Source: Geosiphon pyriformis uo1
Lineage: Eukaryota; Fungi; Glomeromycota
Length of the DNA stretch: 64,000 nucleotides
Direction: 5' to 3'
Assembly: GCA_016748015.1 (NCBI GenBank)
Contig: JAAOMT010000664.1
Location: forward strand, 442,715 to 506,714
In this document: positions 1-17,682 of the stretch, in pieces
Numbering within the stretch: the first letter of the stretch is position 1
Layout: every line of letters begins with the position of its first letter
Program-made: the position numbers and the translations under genes
Notes under the pieces: generated by a model
The model's database searches: none
Seen by the model: the letters and a program-made list of their open reading frames with translations, nothing else
What the model was told of the DNA's origin: nothing

Positions 1-228
1 GTTGGTTGATCTGCATCTTTTCTATTTTTCTAATAAAGTATATTTTGGTGAGTGATAAAATATTTGGATTGTTGTTTGATCCTCTTTTGTTCTGGTTGAG
101 ATAATTTCTTTTTGAACTGTTGAGTATCTATATAATGTTAAAGTTGTTGATATTTTTGTGTGTTCATCTTTTGTTATATTTTCGTGAGTATTGTTTTGGT
201 TTTGTTATATTTTTGGGTTAAAATGTTC

Positions 229-3200
229 TTAGATTTGTCTCATTTGTGACAAACTGGCAGCATTTCCATTGTCTTTTCCTTTTTTATAATGTATGATATA
301 AGTATATGTTAAAAGAGCCATTTTCCATCTTGACTGTCTTCTGTCTCCAAATTCTTGTTTTTGAAGTGATGTCAATCCTTTATGATCTGTATATATCTCA
401 AACTTTTGGCTCAAGTATTTTTTCCATTTCATAACTGCCCAATAGATTGCTAGATGTTCTAATTCTGGTATTTCATAGTTCTTTTCAGCTGGAGTCAAAT
501 CTCAGCTGGCATATGTGACTGGATGTTTTCTTCCATCCAATCCTTTCTGAGATAGTACTGCTCCCAATGCTTGACCTGATGTATCAGTGGTGATAATGAA
601 TAGTTTACTATGATCTGGATAGATCAATATTAGAGCTTGAATAAGCTTTCTTCTTAAGATGTTAAATGCTTCTTACTGGGTTTCAGTCCATTCATATTTT
701 GCATTTTTGGTTTGAAGATCATTGAGTGGTTGTGCTATTTTTGAAAAGTTCTTTATAAAGCATCTATAATAGCTCGTGAATTCCAAGAATAATTTCAGCT
801 CAGTTATGTTGGTTGGTATTGAAAAGTTCTTTACTATCTCTATTTTCTCTGGATCTGTTTTTATGCCATCTTTGCTAACTATGTGTTCCAAGAATTTTAG
901 TTCTGTTTTGCCAAAAAAAACATTTTGTTATATTCAATTTTAATCCTATTCATCATAGTCTTTCAAACACTTGTTGGAGATGACATAGATGGTTATCAAA
1001 TGTTTTTGAGAACACATTGGTATTATCCAAATATACAACTACTGATTTCTACAATAAGCCAGTATACACGATTTCCATTAGCCATTGGAATGTAGCTGGA
1101 GCATTGGTTAAGCCGAATGGCATAACTTCAAACTCAAAGTTTCTCTCTTTTGTGGTGAATGCCATTTTTTCTTTGTTGGCTGGATCCATGGCTACTTGTC
1201 AATAATCACTATTTAAGTCTAATGTTGAGAACCATTTGTTTCTACCAAAAGTGTTGAATAGTTTTTGTATCTATGGAGTTGGATAGTTGTTTCCATGAGT
1301 TACACTATTGAGTTTCCTGTAGTTTACACAAAATTGGATTTTTCCATTTTTCTTATGGATAAGTACTACTGGTAACAACCATGGGCTTATTGATGGCTGA
1401 ATTAATCCATTGTCAAGCATTCGGTTGATCTTTTAACAGATGATTTCATGGCTGGTTGGTGGTATTCTATATGCTTGCTGTTTGATTGGCATTGCATCTC
1501 CAGTCTTAATCTGATGCTGGATAATATCAGTTCTGCCAAATTCGTTTTTACTGGTGAAGATGTCATTGAAATTATTGAGTAACATCTTTAGTTGCATCTG
1601 TTAAAGTGGGTCTAGATTTCTCATGTTCATCTGTTCCAATTGTTCTGGCTGTAACAGATAACATTTGTTTCATCCATAGATGATTTGTGATGTAATATCC
1701 ACATATTTACAAAGCTGTGGAAAATCTGGAATGCTGCTTGGTGCTTGATCTTCAATTTCTATGGTTAAATATCCAAGAGTGGTTCCTTCTGGTATCTCTA
1801 CAACATTTTCAGTGTTGTTGTAGATGAGAATTTTGATATAGTTATGGCTCTTGGCTGGTATGTGTAGATTGATAAGTCCAATTTCTCTTGATTCACAAAG
1901 GGTTGCTTCTGCTTTAAAAATCTGTTCTTGCTCCTTTTCTCTCTTTTTTATTGCTAACATGTATTGGCTATATGATGGAATGGAAATTGTTTGACCAGTT
2001 GAGATAATTTTTCCTTGGCCAATAATTTCTTCCTCCACTATATTGACTGGTACATCTATTCTATCTATTAATCCAAATTCCTGTATCTCTCTTGCTGTTA
2101 TCCCTAATTCTTTCCTATTTCCCACTGAAACTAATTGAGCAATTTTCACCAGAGGTAGGAATATTGCCTGTGCTATCTTTTTATTTGGCTCTATAACATA
2201 GGCCTTTTCTGAATCATTTTGTAGCATAGCAATGATATTTCCTACATATTCTGCATCAATTATTCCTTTTCTAATGTTTATTCCCTTTTTTGCTAAACTA
2301 TTCCTAGATGCTAATTGAACCATTGTTGTTGTTGGAATTTCCAGTGCTATTTTCAGATCAATGCAAGTGCACAAATGAGGTTCTAATTTGATGGCATTCT
2401 TTCCTGGATATCTCAGATCAAATCCTGCATTAGTATCATGTGCACATTTTGGCATGATACCTTTATTATTATTACTGAACTATTTTAGTTCTTGCTCTTT
2501 GGTAAGGTCAGAGAGTGCGATATATTGTTCATAGTTTGAATCAGAGTTTGAATCTGAGTTGGAATCATTGTCATAGCCATTTTGAACAGAGCTGGAACTG
2601 TTATTTTCATTATTGTCATTGTTGGAGTTTGAATCAGGATTGGAACTCGATTCTGATTCTGATGCACAGCTGTTGATTGGTTCTTCTTCTTCGGGGATCG
2701 TGTAGATCATGTGTGGTGGTAGATTGTAGATAAGGTCACAATTATCACAGAATTGGAAGTCATATAGAATCAAACAGTAGTCACATAATCTGGTATTGAT
2801 TTCTTCCAAGCGTTGCTCTTGCTCTTCTCTCGTGAGTGCTAGATTTTAATAGTGTTTATGAAATTCTTCTGGGCTGTTTTCTAAGTTGATAAAGACATCT
2901 AGATTGAGAACCAAAACAATGTCTGTTGGTTCTGAAGAGTTATTCTTGATCTTCAGAATTTCACTGGGTGAAGTGCCTTCTATTTTGGCATTGGCCATTT
3001 GCCAGATCTCGTCTTCGTTGTGTGGATAGCCATCTAGGCAGGATATAGCTTGGTGCCATGCTGCTGTAATGGGTGTACCACGACCCATCCAGTTGCTGAT
3101 GAGGATCGTGTATTGGCACAAAGTGTCACATGTTCCTCCTCGACCAGGAATGTCGTTCCATATTCCTTTGTTAAGTAATTGTTCGCCACAAGTGAAACAT

Positions 3201-6200
3201 GGTTTGTTGTCCCACTTGTCTTATCTTTTTGGGTAGCCATATCATTCCCTATGGCAGGGCTTGCAATAGTAATGGGTTCGTGTCCAGTAGTCTTTGTCTG
3301 GTGCTACCCAAGCTCCCATTGAGGACAGTTTCTTTCTACAGTCCTTGCATTTGAGAGATATATATGATGGCTCTTTTATTGGTTTATGTGAGTATTTTCT
3401 TTCCCAGCCACTAGTTATTTTTTCTGCAGTGGTGGTTTCTTCAGATATGTTTTCTTCCCTTCCTTTCCCTTTTTTTTTGTTTTTTTCTTTCCAATCTAGA
3501 ATTGGTGGCATCTTGCTCTGGTTGTTGTCAGTTCAAGCATCGATGGTGGCTTCTCAGATAGGTTCTTCTCTTTGTTTTTTTTTTCTGTTGTCGTTGTTTT
3601 TCCAGATAAGTATTGATAGCAGTTTGTTGTGATTGACATTGGCCCATGAGACTTGGTATGCTTCCCAGGTGAGTTTCGTTTTTTCTTCCTCAAATTCAAT
3701 AAGTGGTGTTAATGGCATGGTAATGGGCTTAAAGTGGTCACATATGACTGGTACCCATGTGTGTTGGCTGTTCTGGCTAAGCTGGAGCTCTTGGGTGTTC
3801 TAATCTAAGGTCACATTGGTTTTGGACAACCAGTCATTCCCAATGAGTGCTTGGTATTGAGTGGCTTCCATAACGAGTACTTTAATTGGTACTATGATGT
3901 CATTGACTTCTATGGGGAAATCATCAATCTTTCCAATAGATGTTTTGGTCACTTTATCAGCTATAATAATCCTGGTGCTGGCAGTATGATCAACTTGGCA
4001 ATCTAATTGATCCATGAGTTGTTTTGTGATGATACTGCCAGCTAATCCACTATCTAGGATCAGTTTGATGGAGTAATCATCAACTTTTGCATCAATGTAC
4101 ATTGTGGTGATGGGTTTCTTCTCAAGTATTGCTCTATTGAACAAAGGTGGGTTGATGGTTTCCTCCAATTTGAAAGAAAAGATGGCTGCAAGAGATTTGT
4201 TTTTGGTGATCATTGCTGGTGGAATATTGTTGATGAGTGTTGTTTGGGGTGGGTTGGATTCCAAGTTGTTGGTGGTGGCATCTTTTGAGATAACCAGAAG
4301 ACTTAAATAGTTCTGGAAATTCGGGTTTTGGGTGGAACCAGTACTCGGATTCTGCTGTCAAGAGCCTGATGATTGGTAAGAGAAGCTGGGGATCAGTTGA
4401 TGAACAACCATCGCTGATCTCCAGTTTTGAGTGATTCTAAGTCTTAGGTTTCCTGATGTCATTTGAGTGGAGTTTTGGAGTGGTGTTTGAATTGGTTGTT
4501 GGGGCTGATAAATTATTTGGGGCTGCAGCTGATAAATTACTAGTGATTGTGGTTGATAAATTGGAGGTTGATATACTGGCAATTAATAGATTGGTTGCTG
4601 CATTATTGGCAGATAATTGGTTTGATATTGGCCTTGATTTGGGTAGTGATTCTGAATCTGAAATCTGTGATTGGGGTTTTGATATTGATTTTCCGATTGT
4701 GGATTGTTGCTATAAAATTGACAGTCGGCTTTAATGTGACCTTGTTTACTACAGTTGTGACAAACACGTGTTTTTGGCTGCCACGGCTGATTGGGTAATA
4801 ATAATAATGATGATGTTGATGAATGCGGCTAATTTTGGAAACAATTTGTGTTTCCTGAATTATTGCTTTGTTGTGGTGGTTGATAGATTGCACAATTGTC
4901 AGCTAAGTATTCCTCTAGTTTCTGATTGATTGTATTACTGAATTGTTTCAGTTTGGAATCCAAGTCAGATGATCTGTTCATCACTAAATTTACATCTTGG
5001 GCGTGGTTGGCTTCTAGCTTAGCTGCTTCAAAATCTCTGGCATGGGTGATGGCAGTTGAGAGGTTAACTGGATGTATTGGATGTACTCACTGAAGAATAC
5101 TACTGCACAATCTTCTGATGAACTGGTTCAAGATCTGTGGTGCTGTAAAGTAATCAGCTTGAATTGTCTGAATTTGGCACAGATTTCTATAGAAGCATCC
5201 AAGTAAGTGGTAACTGCTTTTGTATCTCCTTGTTTGATGATAGTGAATATGTTAGTCAAGCAATTAATACTATTGTTATTACTAAAGTATCTCAAGAATT
5301 CTGTTTTGAACTCATTGAAGGTTTGTGGTTTGGCGGCTAGGCTTTGATATCACAAGTTGGTGGTATCTTTGAGAAAATAAAGAATTGTTTAAAGGGCTCT
5401 ACCGTTGTTCTATCCATTGGCTACTATGGCTTTTTTAATATTGTTGAGCCATATTTGGGCGTTGTTTTCTTTGCCAGTAAAATTGTCAAGTTTTGCAATT
5501 GGTGCATAGGCTATTGGATCTAAGTTGGGTTGTTGTGGTAGTAGTTGAAGTGGTTGTTGTTGCATGGGTTGTTGGGATGGTAGTTGAAATGGTGGTTGTA
5601 TGGGTTTGGCTATTGGATTAATTAGTGGTTAATTGATAACAATTACTGGAGGTAAGTTTTATTGATTTATTAAATCGGGGTTTCGATTATTCTAAATTGG
5701 TGATATTGAAATGTTCAAAGTTTTGATTTCCAGATTTTCTGGGTTTAAATTTTGCTGGGTTTGAAGATTTGGAGTTTCAAATTCTGGGTTTTCAGCAATC
5801 AGGTTCTGGTAAGTGAATTCTTGATCTTCAGCTTCTTCTTCTTCCTTTTTTTCTGATTCTGTTACTTTTTATGGATCAGAAATTCCGAAATCTGGGGGAG
5901 GTGGTGGCAATCAGAGTCTTAATGGCGTTAATAATCACGAGTTAAATCCTTCAAAATATGCGCCATATGGTTCTAATAACTCTGCTTTTCTTTGTTTACT
6001 TTAGAATGGGAATCATCCAAATGCTGATGTCATGTTTAATGTGGCTGTATCAGTAGATGTAATATTAATGGTGCTTCTGGGTGTATAGTGGTATGATGGA
6101 TTAGTTGGGGACTCAATTCTTGTTTTCTTTCAAGTAGATGGTTGTATTTTTTTGAGTATTACTGCTGGTGTTTGCAGTTTTCTTTTGCCTTTGCTTGCGT

Positions 6201-6507
6201 AAGTAATGGGGTATCTTTGCTGTGTGTGGTGTTCAATTTCTTTGTTGATTTTCATGATGATAGAGGCAAAATTGTGATTTGTTGGCAGGCTGGTATTTTG
6301 AAGTAATTTACTGTAAAAGGCTTCTTTTGCCAATTCAATATTTACTGGTGTTTCTAACAAATAGACAATTTTTTTATTGATGTAGAAATTGAAAGCTGAT
6401 TCCATTGATATGTGGTTGTAATTTAATCCCAAATGTTGACAGTAGTGTTGAAATAAAAATTTCGCGAATTCTAGATGGTTTGCTCCTATGTTTTCTGATT
6501 CTGCCAC
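229..6507 (-). pseudogene. Copy A Gag-PR-Cys-rich-dUTPase-RT-RNaseH polyprotein, broken by stops and frameshifts
   Basis: ORF pieces 6130-6507, 4358-4582, 3800-4264, 3242-3511, 2846-3121, 2480-2809, 1670-2455, 673-891, 229-498 are collinear with copy E. Terminal stop after ...SLSQMRQI at 229-231. Confidence 0.92.
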
Positions 6508-6548
6508 TTTTAGATTTGTGTTGGTGCTGGTTCTCTGTAGAATTATAT

Positions 6549-6564
6549 CTCACAGGGAGCACCA
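6549..6564 (-). promoter_or_regulatory. Primer-binding site of copy A (TGGTGCTCCCTGTGAG), probably elongator tRNA-Met
   Basis: Starts with TGG 2 nt after the LTR end (...TGTAACA). Complementary to a ...CUCACAGGGAGCACCA tRNA 3' end, which resembles eukaryotic tRNA-Met(e). tRNA identity is from recall. Confidence 0.75.
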
Positions 6565-6566
6565 AA

Positions 6567-7440
6567 TGTTACAGATGACTATTTCTGGTGTTGGATTAGA
6601 TAACAAACCCATAACTTGGTGCTCAAATCTAGTTGCAGTTGATAGTGATCTGAAGGTTTATGTTTGACAGGTTTGTATCCAAAAGGTTTGGTTGAGTTCT
6701 TTGTATAATGAACAGAGATTCAATGGTAATAGTTTTATCTGTAGCTTCCCGAAACCACAGTTTTGTCAATTTTTTTCTCAGCTTGATGGCCAGTATTTCT
6801 CCTGGTAAGCTATCCTCAATCGAGTGTTCTACCCTTATTTTTGGGTCTTTTACCAGTTATGTTTATCCTAAAATCAGTACTCCATGTGTTAATCCTCAAT
6901 AGAGTTAGTAAACAACAATAAAATCAAAGCAAGAAATAAAGAAAAAAAAAAAAATAAAAAAAAAAAAAAAAAAAATAAGCCAAGGCAATTTACAAGTTAG
7001 TATTCCGTCAATAGCCATGATTAAGAGCTATTGTTCTAGTGTGGTTAAGTATCAATTATTATCAACATGAAGTGTTGATAGTGGCAGTAGGTTTGAGATA
7101 ACAAACAGTTATTTATTTGTGGTTTGGAAAGTTGTCTAGATGAAATATAAACTGAAAGGTCTGTCTTTTTAGCTTTTAATCCTACTGCTATATATACATA
7201 ATTGAGATTCCTCAATTCCTTAATTCTTCACAACAGGAATCTTGGAATTCCTGGAATCCTGCAATTCTTTTGAGAGGAATCCTGGAATTCTGGAATTCTG
7301 CAATTCTTTGTAAGAATCCTGTAATTCCTGGAATTCTACAATTCCTAAGAGAAATTCTGGAATTCCACATTTTACTACGTCTACTTCTGATTGGTTAATA
7401 ACTATGCTAATATATATTCCCTATATTTCTATGAGTAACA
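6567..7440 (-). repeat. LTR shared by copies A (5' LTR) and B (3' LTR)
   Basis: TGTTAC...GTAACA inverted termini. PBS on the left, PPT and ORF3 end on the right. Contains a GGAATTCC-type repeat array, TATA-like TATATATAG and an ACTATCAACA-N5-TGTTGATA hairpin. Confidence 0.93.
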
Positions 7441-7453
7441 TTATTTCCTTTTT

Positions 7454-8113
7454 TTAATATTAAGCTCTGTCGAAATCTAACTTTGTTAATTCCTTTTCTT
7501 GAAGTATTTTCTGAATTTCATTTTTGAGAATTACTTGTGTTATTTAAGTCTATAATTCTTTAAATTAAGCATTGGTGATCTTTCCTAATTAATTACTGGT
7601 AACCATATTCATTGCTTTGTTGAGTAAGATTTCTGGTCGATCCTGAAATGCTGTGTATATTTGGTATATGGCTTGGATCTATGTGGATAAGTTGTTTTTT
7701 CTCACAAAATGTTCTAATTGTTGTAGTATTCTTGTGTCGAATAATTGCTTTGTTTTATCTGTATATAGATTCTAGATATTTATGTGTTGTCCCAAGTAAA
7801 AATAACAATAGTTTCTTAGAAATTGTTGTATTCACCAATTCCAAGTTTCTTTAGTCAACTCTTGATATAGTGACTCTTTTGTCGACTCTTTTATTGCTAA
7901 TTTTACTTTTGCAATGATTTTGTCAATGGTATTTTTTGTTTTCTTCTGTGTTCTATGTAGTGATGTCTTTCTAGTGTCTTGATATTGGATGGTTTGTTGA
8001 TTAATTGTAATTTCTATCTCTTGGTGTTAAATTAATTGAAAGAGTTGTTGTGCTAATAAGTGGATGTTGTCTGTAATTTCCATTTTTCTGATATTTCTTG
8101 TCACGTCTACCAT
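7454..8113 (-). pseudogene. Copy B ORF3 (~220 aa accessory ORF, unknown function)
   Basis: ATG GTA GAC GTG (MVDV) at 8113. Homologous to ORF3 of D (42217-42885) and E (51794-52453). Ends just before the PPT. Confidence 0.8.
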
Positions 8114-8137
8114 GTCTTTATATATTCTTTTGATGAA

Positions 8138-9519
8138 TTAATTTAACGTGTTGTTGTTAATGATGATAATTGGTTCCAGATCTCGTAGAATCTTCTCTGG
8201 TTGGACTAGTATCTTTTGTACTCCTAATTGTGGAATATTACTAGTGGATGGTAGTATGATGTTGTGGTATAATTTCAGTCGATTTCCATGTGCTGTTTTG
8301 GTTAAGATTTTGTTATCCAGTCTTAATTTGTAAGCTCTATTTCTTAGAATTTCTTCTATGTGAAATGGTCCATCCCATTTGGGGTCAAATTTTCCACTCC
8401 ATTGTTTTTCCACTTTGGTACAATATAAGAGTATTTTGTCTCCAATCTTGAATTCAACTGGTTTGTCTGATAGTTGATTATCATGTCTTTCTCTCTGTTT
8501 TTCTTGTAACTTTTGTATGTTATCAGCTGCTCTTCTTTGTTTGTTTTCCAATGTTTCCATTAAGTCATATGTTCTTTTTAACAATGTTTCTTGGAAATTC
8601 TCTTCTGTTATTAGTTCAGTTGAATATGTGTTAATCTCTATCTCAACTGGTAATGTTGCTGTTCTACCATATATCAATTCAAATAGTATTGCTTGTGTGG
8701 TGTCTTGCTTTATTGTCCAATAAGCAAATAATACTGATGATATGAACAAATCTCATTCATCCTGGTTTTCTTGGCTGAGTTTTGCTATTGCTTTACACAA
8801 TATTCTATTAAATCTTTCAACTAATCCATTGGTTTGTGGATGGTATGGTGATGATAGTGGTCTCTTAATTCCGAATCTTTGGCTTAGTTCTGCTAATGTT
8901 CTATTCACAAAATGGGTTCTTTGGTTTGATAATAATTTTTTTAGACATCCATGTCGACAAATCAGATCTTGATAGATGAATTCAGCAACAGATTCTGCAT
9001 CTGCTCTTTGAATTGCTTTGGCTTCTGGCCATTTAATAAGATAGTCTATGGCTACTGCAATATATCTGTTGCCTCTGCTGGTAATTGTCAATGGTCCAAC
9101 TAAATTGATTCCAATGTGGTCAAATGGTTGTCTTACTTTGATTGGTCTCAATGGTTTGCTGGGTCTTGTTCCTCCTTTTCTTTGACAAGCATCACAATTT
9201 TGCACATATTGGATGATGTCTGGATATATTGATGGCCAATAGTATTTCTTTCTGGTTCTTTCCATGGTTGCTTCTTTATGAAAATGTCTTGCAGTTGGAT
9301 CTGAGTGCATATTGAACAGTATTGTCTTCTTTTCTGGTTCTGTAATTACTCTGGTTGGTTGATCTGTATCTTTTCTATTTTTCTGATAAGTATATTTTAG
9401 TGAGTGATAAAATATTTGGGTTGTTGTTTGATCTTCTTTTGTTCCAGTTGAGATAATTTCTCCTTGAACTGTTGAGTATCTATATAATGTTAAAGTTGTT
9501 GATATTTTTGTGTGTTCAT
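8138..9519 (-). pseudogene. Copy B integrase ORF (own ATG, MNTQKYQQ...)
   Basis: HHCC (MHSDPTARHF...CDAC), core GI(D/N)LVGP / LLS(D/N)Q / NGLVERFN, GPF motif WDGPFHIEE. No chromodomain seen. Confidence 0.92.
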
Positions 9520-10361
9520 CTTTTGTTATATTTTCGTGAGTATTGTTTTGGTTTTGTTATATTTTTGGGTTGAAATGTTCTTAGATTTGTCTCATTCGCA
9601 ACAAACTGTTAGCATTTCCATTGTCTTTTCTCTTTTTATAATGTATGGTATAAGTATATGTCAAAAGAGCCATTTTCTATCTTGACTGTCTTCTGTCTCC
9701 AAATTCTTGTTTTTGGAGTGATGTCAATCTTTTATGATCTGTGTACACCTTAAACTTTTGGCTCAAGTATTTTTTCCATTTCATAACTGCCCAATAGATT
9801 GCTAGATGTTCTAATTCTGGTGTTTTATAATTTTTTTTGGCTGAAGTCAAACCTTGGCTGACATATGCAACTGGATGTTCTCTTCCATCCAATCCTCTCT
9901 GAGATAGTACTGCTCCCAATGCTTGACTTGATGCATCAGTAGTGATAATAAATGGTTTATTATGATCTGAATAGATCAATACTGGAGCTTGAATAAGCTT
10001 TTTTCTTAAGATGTCAAATGCTTCTTGCTGGGTTTCAGTCTATTCATACTTTGCATTTTTGGTTTGAAGATCATTGAGTGGTTGTGTTATCTTTGAAAAG
10101 TTTTTTATGAAGCGTCTATAATATCTCACAAATCCCAAGAATAATTTCAGCTCGGTTATGTTGGTTGGTATTGGAAAGTTTTTTACTATCTCTATTTTCT
10201 CCAGATCTGTTTTTATGCCATCTTTGCTAACTATGTGTCCCAAGAATTTTAGTTCTGTTTTGCCAAAAAAACACTTTGTTGTATTCAATTTTAATTCTGC
10301 TTGTTGTAGTTTTTTGAATACTTGTTGGAGATGACTTAGATGATCATCAAATGTTTTTGAG

Positions 10362-10381
10362 NNNNNNNNNNNNNNNNNNNN
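10362..10381. other. Assembly gap (20 N) followed by a long poly-A run
   Basis: N run in the sequence. Joins RT of copy B directly to the T-rich segment of an LTR. Confidence 0.99.
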
Positions 10382-10448
<67 letters not shown>

Positions 10449-10895
10449 AGCCAAGACAATTTACAAGTTAGTATTCCGTCAATAGCCATGATCAAGAGCT
10501 ATTGTTTCAGTGTGGTTAAGTATTAATTACTATCAACATGAAGTGTTGATAGTGGCAGCAAGTTTGAGATAACAAACAGTTATTTATTTGTGGTTTGGAA
10601 AGTTGTCTAGATGAAATCTAAACTGAGAGATCTGTCTTTTTTAGCTTCTAATCCTACTGCTATATATACATAATTAAGATTCCTCAATTCCTCAATTCTT
10701 TACAACAGGAATCCTGCAATTTCTTTGAGAGGAATTCTAGAATTCTGGAATCCTGTGATTCCTTGTGAGAATTCTGTAATTCCTAGAATCTTGCAATTCC
10801 TGAGAAAAATCTTGGAATTCCACATTTTACTATGTCTACTTCTGATTGGTTAATAACTATGCTAATATATATTCCCTATATTTCTATGAGTAACA
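10382..10895 (-). repeat. Partial 5' LTR of copy B
   Basis: Closely matches 6945-7440. Ends ATGAGTAACA. Confidence 0.9.
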
Positions 10896-12076
10896 ATGTT
10901 GTGGTCCATTTTGAGAATTTGGTTGCTGCCACATTTGCTCTCAATCACTGGTTAGTTTTGGTGGGAAAAAATAGTGTTCAAATTCTTCCTCTTGTGAATT
11001 AACAAAAAACAATTGTGTTTCATGATAAGTTTAAAGCCAAGTTGGTCAATCTTTCTTCTGGCTGTACTGTCTTTGAAATCAGTAATATGGTTTTTCAAGT
11101 TGGTGGTCAGACTTGTTTTATTTCTCAGTTTCCTGATTCTGGTTGTTGTTTTTACTTTGTTCTGGTTACATTTGGCTCTTAAGCTGATTTGGACCTTGTT
11201 ATTGTCAAAACTAGTACACTAAAAAAATGCTGCATTTGGTGGAAAACTCCTGGTTGTTGGTATTGTTTTTGGTGTTAAAAGATAGACCACTTGGTCATGA
11301 ACTGTAAGATTGCTTCACTTTTCTTTTCTAAGACTTTTAAAATATTTAAACCGCATTTCATTGGTTCTTTGTCTTATGCAAAGACATTTATTCCCTCTGT
11401 TCTTTTTGAGTTTCCTCTTTTGGTGGCTTCTGCTTTTTCTGTAACTGTTGATGATTCTTTGGTGTTTTCTCGGTTGATGTCTCTGGAATTTAATTTGGCC
11501 AAGCTTTCTGTTTTGGTTGAATCTATTGTTAAGTCTGTTGGCTCTATGATCAAAATTTTTGAACAATTTATTAATAGTGATCTTGTGTCTAGCAGTAAAC
11601 TTGGAAATAAGATTAATGAGCTTATAGTGTATTTGGGTGTTTTTAGCAAATCTGTTGGTAAGTTGAAAAAAGAGGTAGTAGTATTGAAAACTAAATGTAA
11701 CATAGGAAATGTTGATTTGTTTGATGATTCTGGTGCTTTAGTTGGAGTAAATGATGAGATGTTTGGTGAATTAATGGTGCTCTGGGAATTTGAATCTCTT
11801 AAAATTAGGTTCTGTTCTATGAAAACAATTAAGTGATTTGTTGGATTGGTTCCTAGTAGTCTTATTTTGTTTGATATAATTCAAAAAATGTCTATTTTGG
11901 ACAAGTTTTCTTGTAAGTTAGCAGTATAGTATAGCTTGAACTGGCTCAAGTAACTGGTTACATATAGAAAGTACATGAACCATATTTAGCCCTAGACCAC
12001 TTAGTTTGGTCTTAATTTCTAGATTATGGTTGGGCCATACTTGTTAAATACATAAATAAAGAAAAAAAAAAAAAAA
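10896..12076 (+). mobile_element. 3' portion of an ORF1-only non-LTR (LINE ORF1/HAL1-like) element with 3' UTR and poly(A) tail, copy 1
   Basis: Decayed ORF1 with a CX2CX4HX4C knuckle (~11264-11305, CFWC*KIDHLVMNC) and a coiled-coil C-terminus (11291-11836). Then a ~130-bp 3' UTR and A15 tail at 12062-12076. Homologous to 30963-32504 (minus). Confidence 0.75.
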
Positions 12077-12093
12077 GTGCAAATTGCTTTTTC

Positions 12094-12106
12094 TTATTAT
12101 TATTAC

Positions 12107-12201
<95 letters not shown>
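12094..12201. repeat. (TTA)n microsatellite
   Basis: About 35 near-perfect TTA units. Confidence 0.97.
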
Positions 12202-12204
<3 letters not shown>

Positions 12205-12438
12205 TATAATCATTTTTAAATTTAAATTAAATATTTTTTAAATAAAAAAACAAAAAAAATTATTAATTGTATAATTTAAATTTATTTATTTAATAATAAA
12301 ATTTAGTATTTAAATTGAAATTGAAAATCTTTAATTTTTGAGAATAATTAAAAATAGTTTTGCACATGATTGATTGTGATGTCAATATTATAAAACTCGG
12401 GATTAAAAGCACTTAGGTTTAGCTTCGCCTTTAATGAG

Positions 12439-16480
<4,042 letters not shown>

Positions 16481-17682
16481 ATACAATATTTCACGTTAAT
16501 CATGTAAATAGATGGGTTTTTTTATAGATATAAAGAATATAATCGAAATCATGATTAGGTTTTTACAGATAATAGCTAGAGTACATAATTCGTAATTATT
16601 CAATAAATACCTTTCAAAGAATGAATTCGTATAAATGAAAAACAGAAATTGTATCCTTCCAAGTACTCTTTGGAAGTTCATTATGGCATCAAAGTTTCCT
16701 ACTCTTTATAAATGGCTATGTCCAATATCTGAGATTAATGAAGCACAGTATATTTTATCCAGATGTATGTATGTGTGTCTGATTTTATTATTGATTATTA
16801 AAGAATATTGTTACATTATATATATACTTTATGCTCGAAATAGTTATTATGTTGAACATTTATCTATATTTCGTGCGCGTATCGAAATCAATTCGAATTT
16901 TTGGGATTGCCAAAGTCTCTTTTTGCAAAGGGGTATGCGTGTATAAGTTTTTAGGGTATTTAGGTTCATGTAATTGTATTATAATATATGTTTTGTAGGT
17001 GCTATCTCTAAATGCAAATTTTTTGTAAAAATGTATGATTTTGAAATTCACTCCAAAGAAAAAAATGTAGAATAAAAATGATTATGATGTATGTTTTGAT
17101 AAAAATGATATTAAGGTTAATAAATAAATTATTTTCCTCTGATCAAAGGGAAAGTGCCGAAATATTCAATTAAACAGTGCATTGTGAAGCGATTCAAAAA
17201 AAAAAACAATAGTCTACAATCTGGGGTTATTGATGACGGCGTTATTGAAATACCAGCTCACAAAAACATTACTAACCACATCGTTCTTCTCAAAATAAAT
17301 ATACATTAAGTTTGCTTCTACCAGCATCAATCTTGCTTCTCAATGTTCACCAGCATTTTATCGGCCAGGATTTTAACCAAAACCGTTATCGAAGCTCAAT
17401 CTTTCCCGAAGTTCTCAAAACCCAGTCTCCACGCTAACTCGATGATAAGGCCGAATATATTTCGAGATTCTTTGGAAAGATTGGGTCATCACCATTAAGT
17501 TTGGGTCATCCAGAATGTACGATTCAAATAGTGCAATAGGAAACAAGTAAGAAAAGAGTTTTGAGCATGATCAAGTAGTTATCCGAAATTCTTGAGTGAT
17601 AAATGATCATGTAGGAGTTTTTCGTTTTTCCTCAAATCAATATCGGGTAGAATATTCTTTAAATTCTCACACTTGTTAGTTA

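Larger units (their letters stand above)
1..7440 (-). mobile_element. Ty3/Gypsy LTR retrotransposon copy A (dUTPase-bearing family), 3' part runs off the window start
   Basis: Minus-strand fragments in order: Gag (MAESENIGANH..., CHNCSKQGH knuckle), protease (LILDSGLAGSII), Cys-rich region, dUTPase (AGFDL, IIDAEYVG, IAQAI), RT (YLDN/YLDD region), RNase H (ELEHLAIYWAV), start of IN. 5' LTR 6567-7440 is followed by a PBS. Confidence 0.95.
6567..10895 (-). mobile_element. Ty3/Gypsy copy B (ORF3, IN, RNaseH, RT C-term; remainder lost in assembly gap; 5' LTR partial)
   Basis: IN ORFs 8753-9310 and 8138-8749, RH 9677-9979, RT 10040-10361, N-gap, LTR remnant ending GAGTAACA at 10895. Confidence 0.92.

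Noticed and set aside
10040-10495. 151-aa ORF with poly-Phe fused to RT
   Set aside because: Artefact of reading through the poly-A run and N-gap that join LTR to RT.
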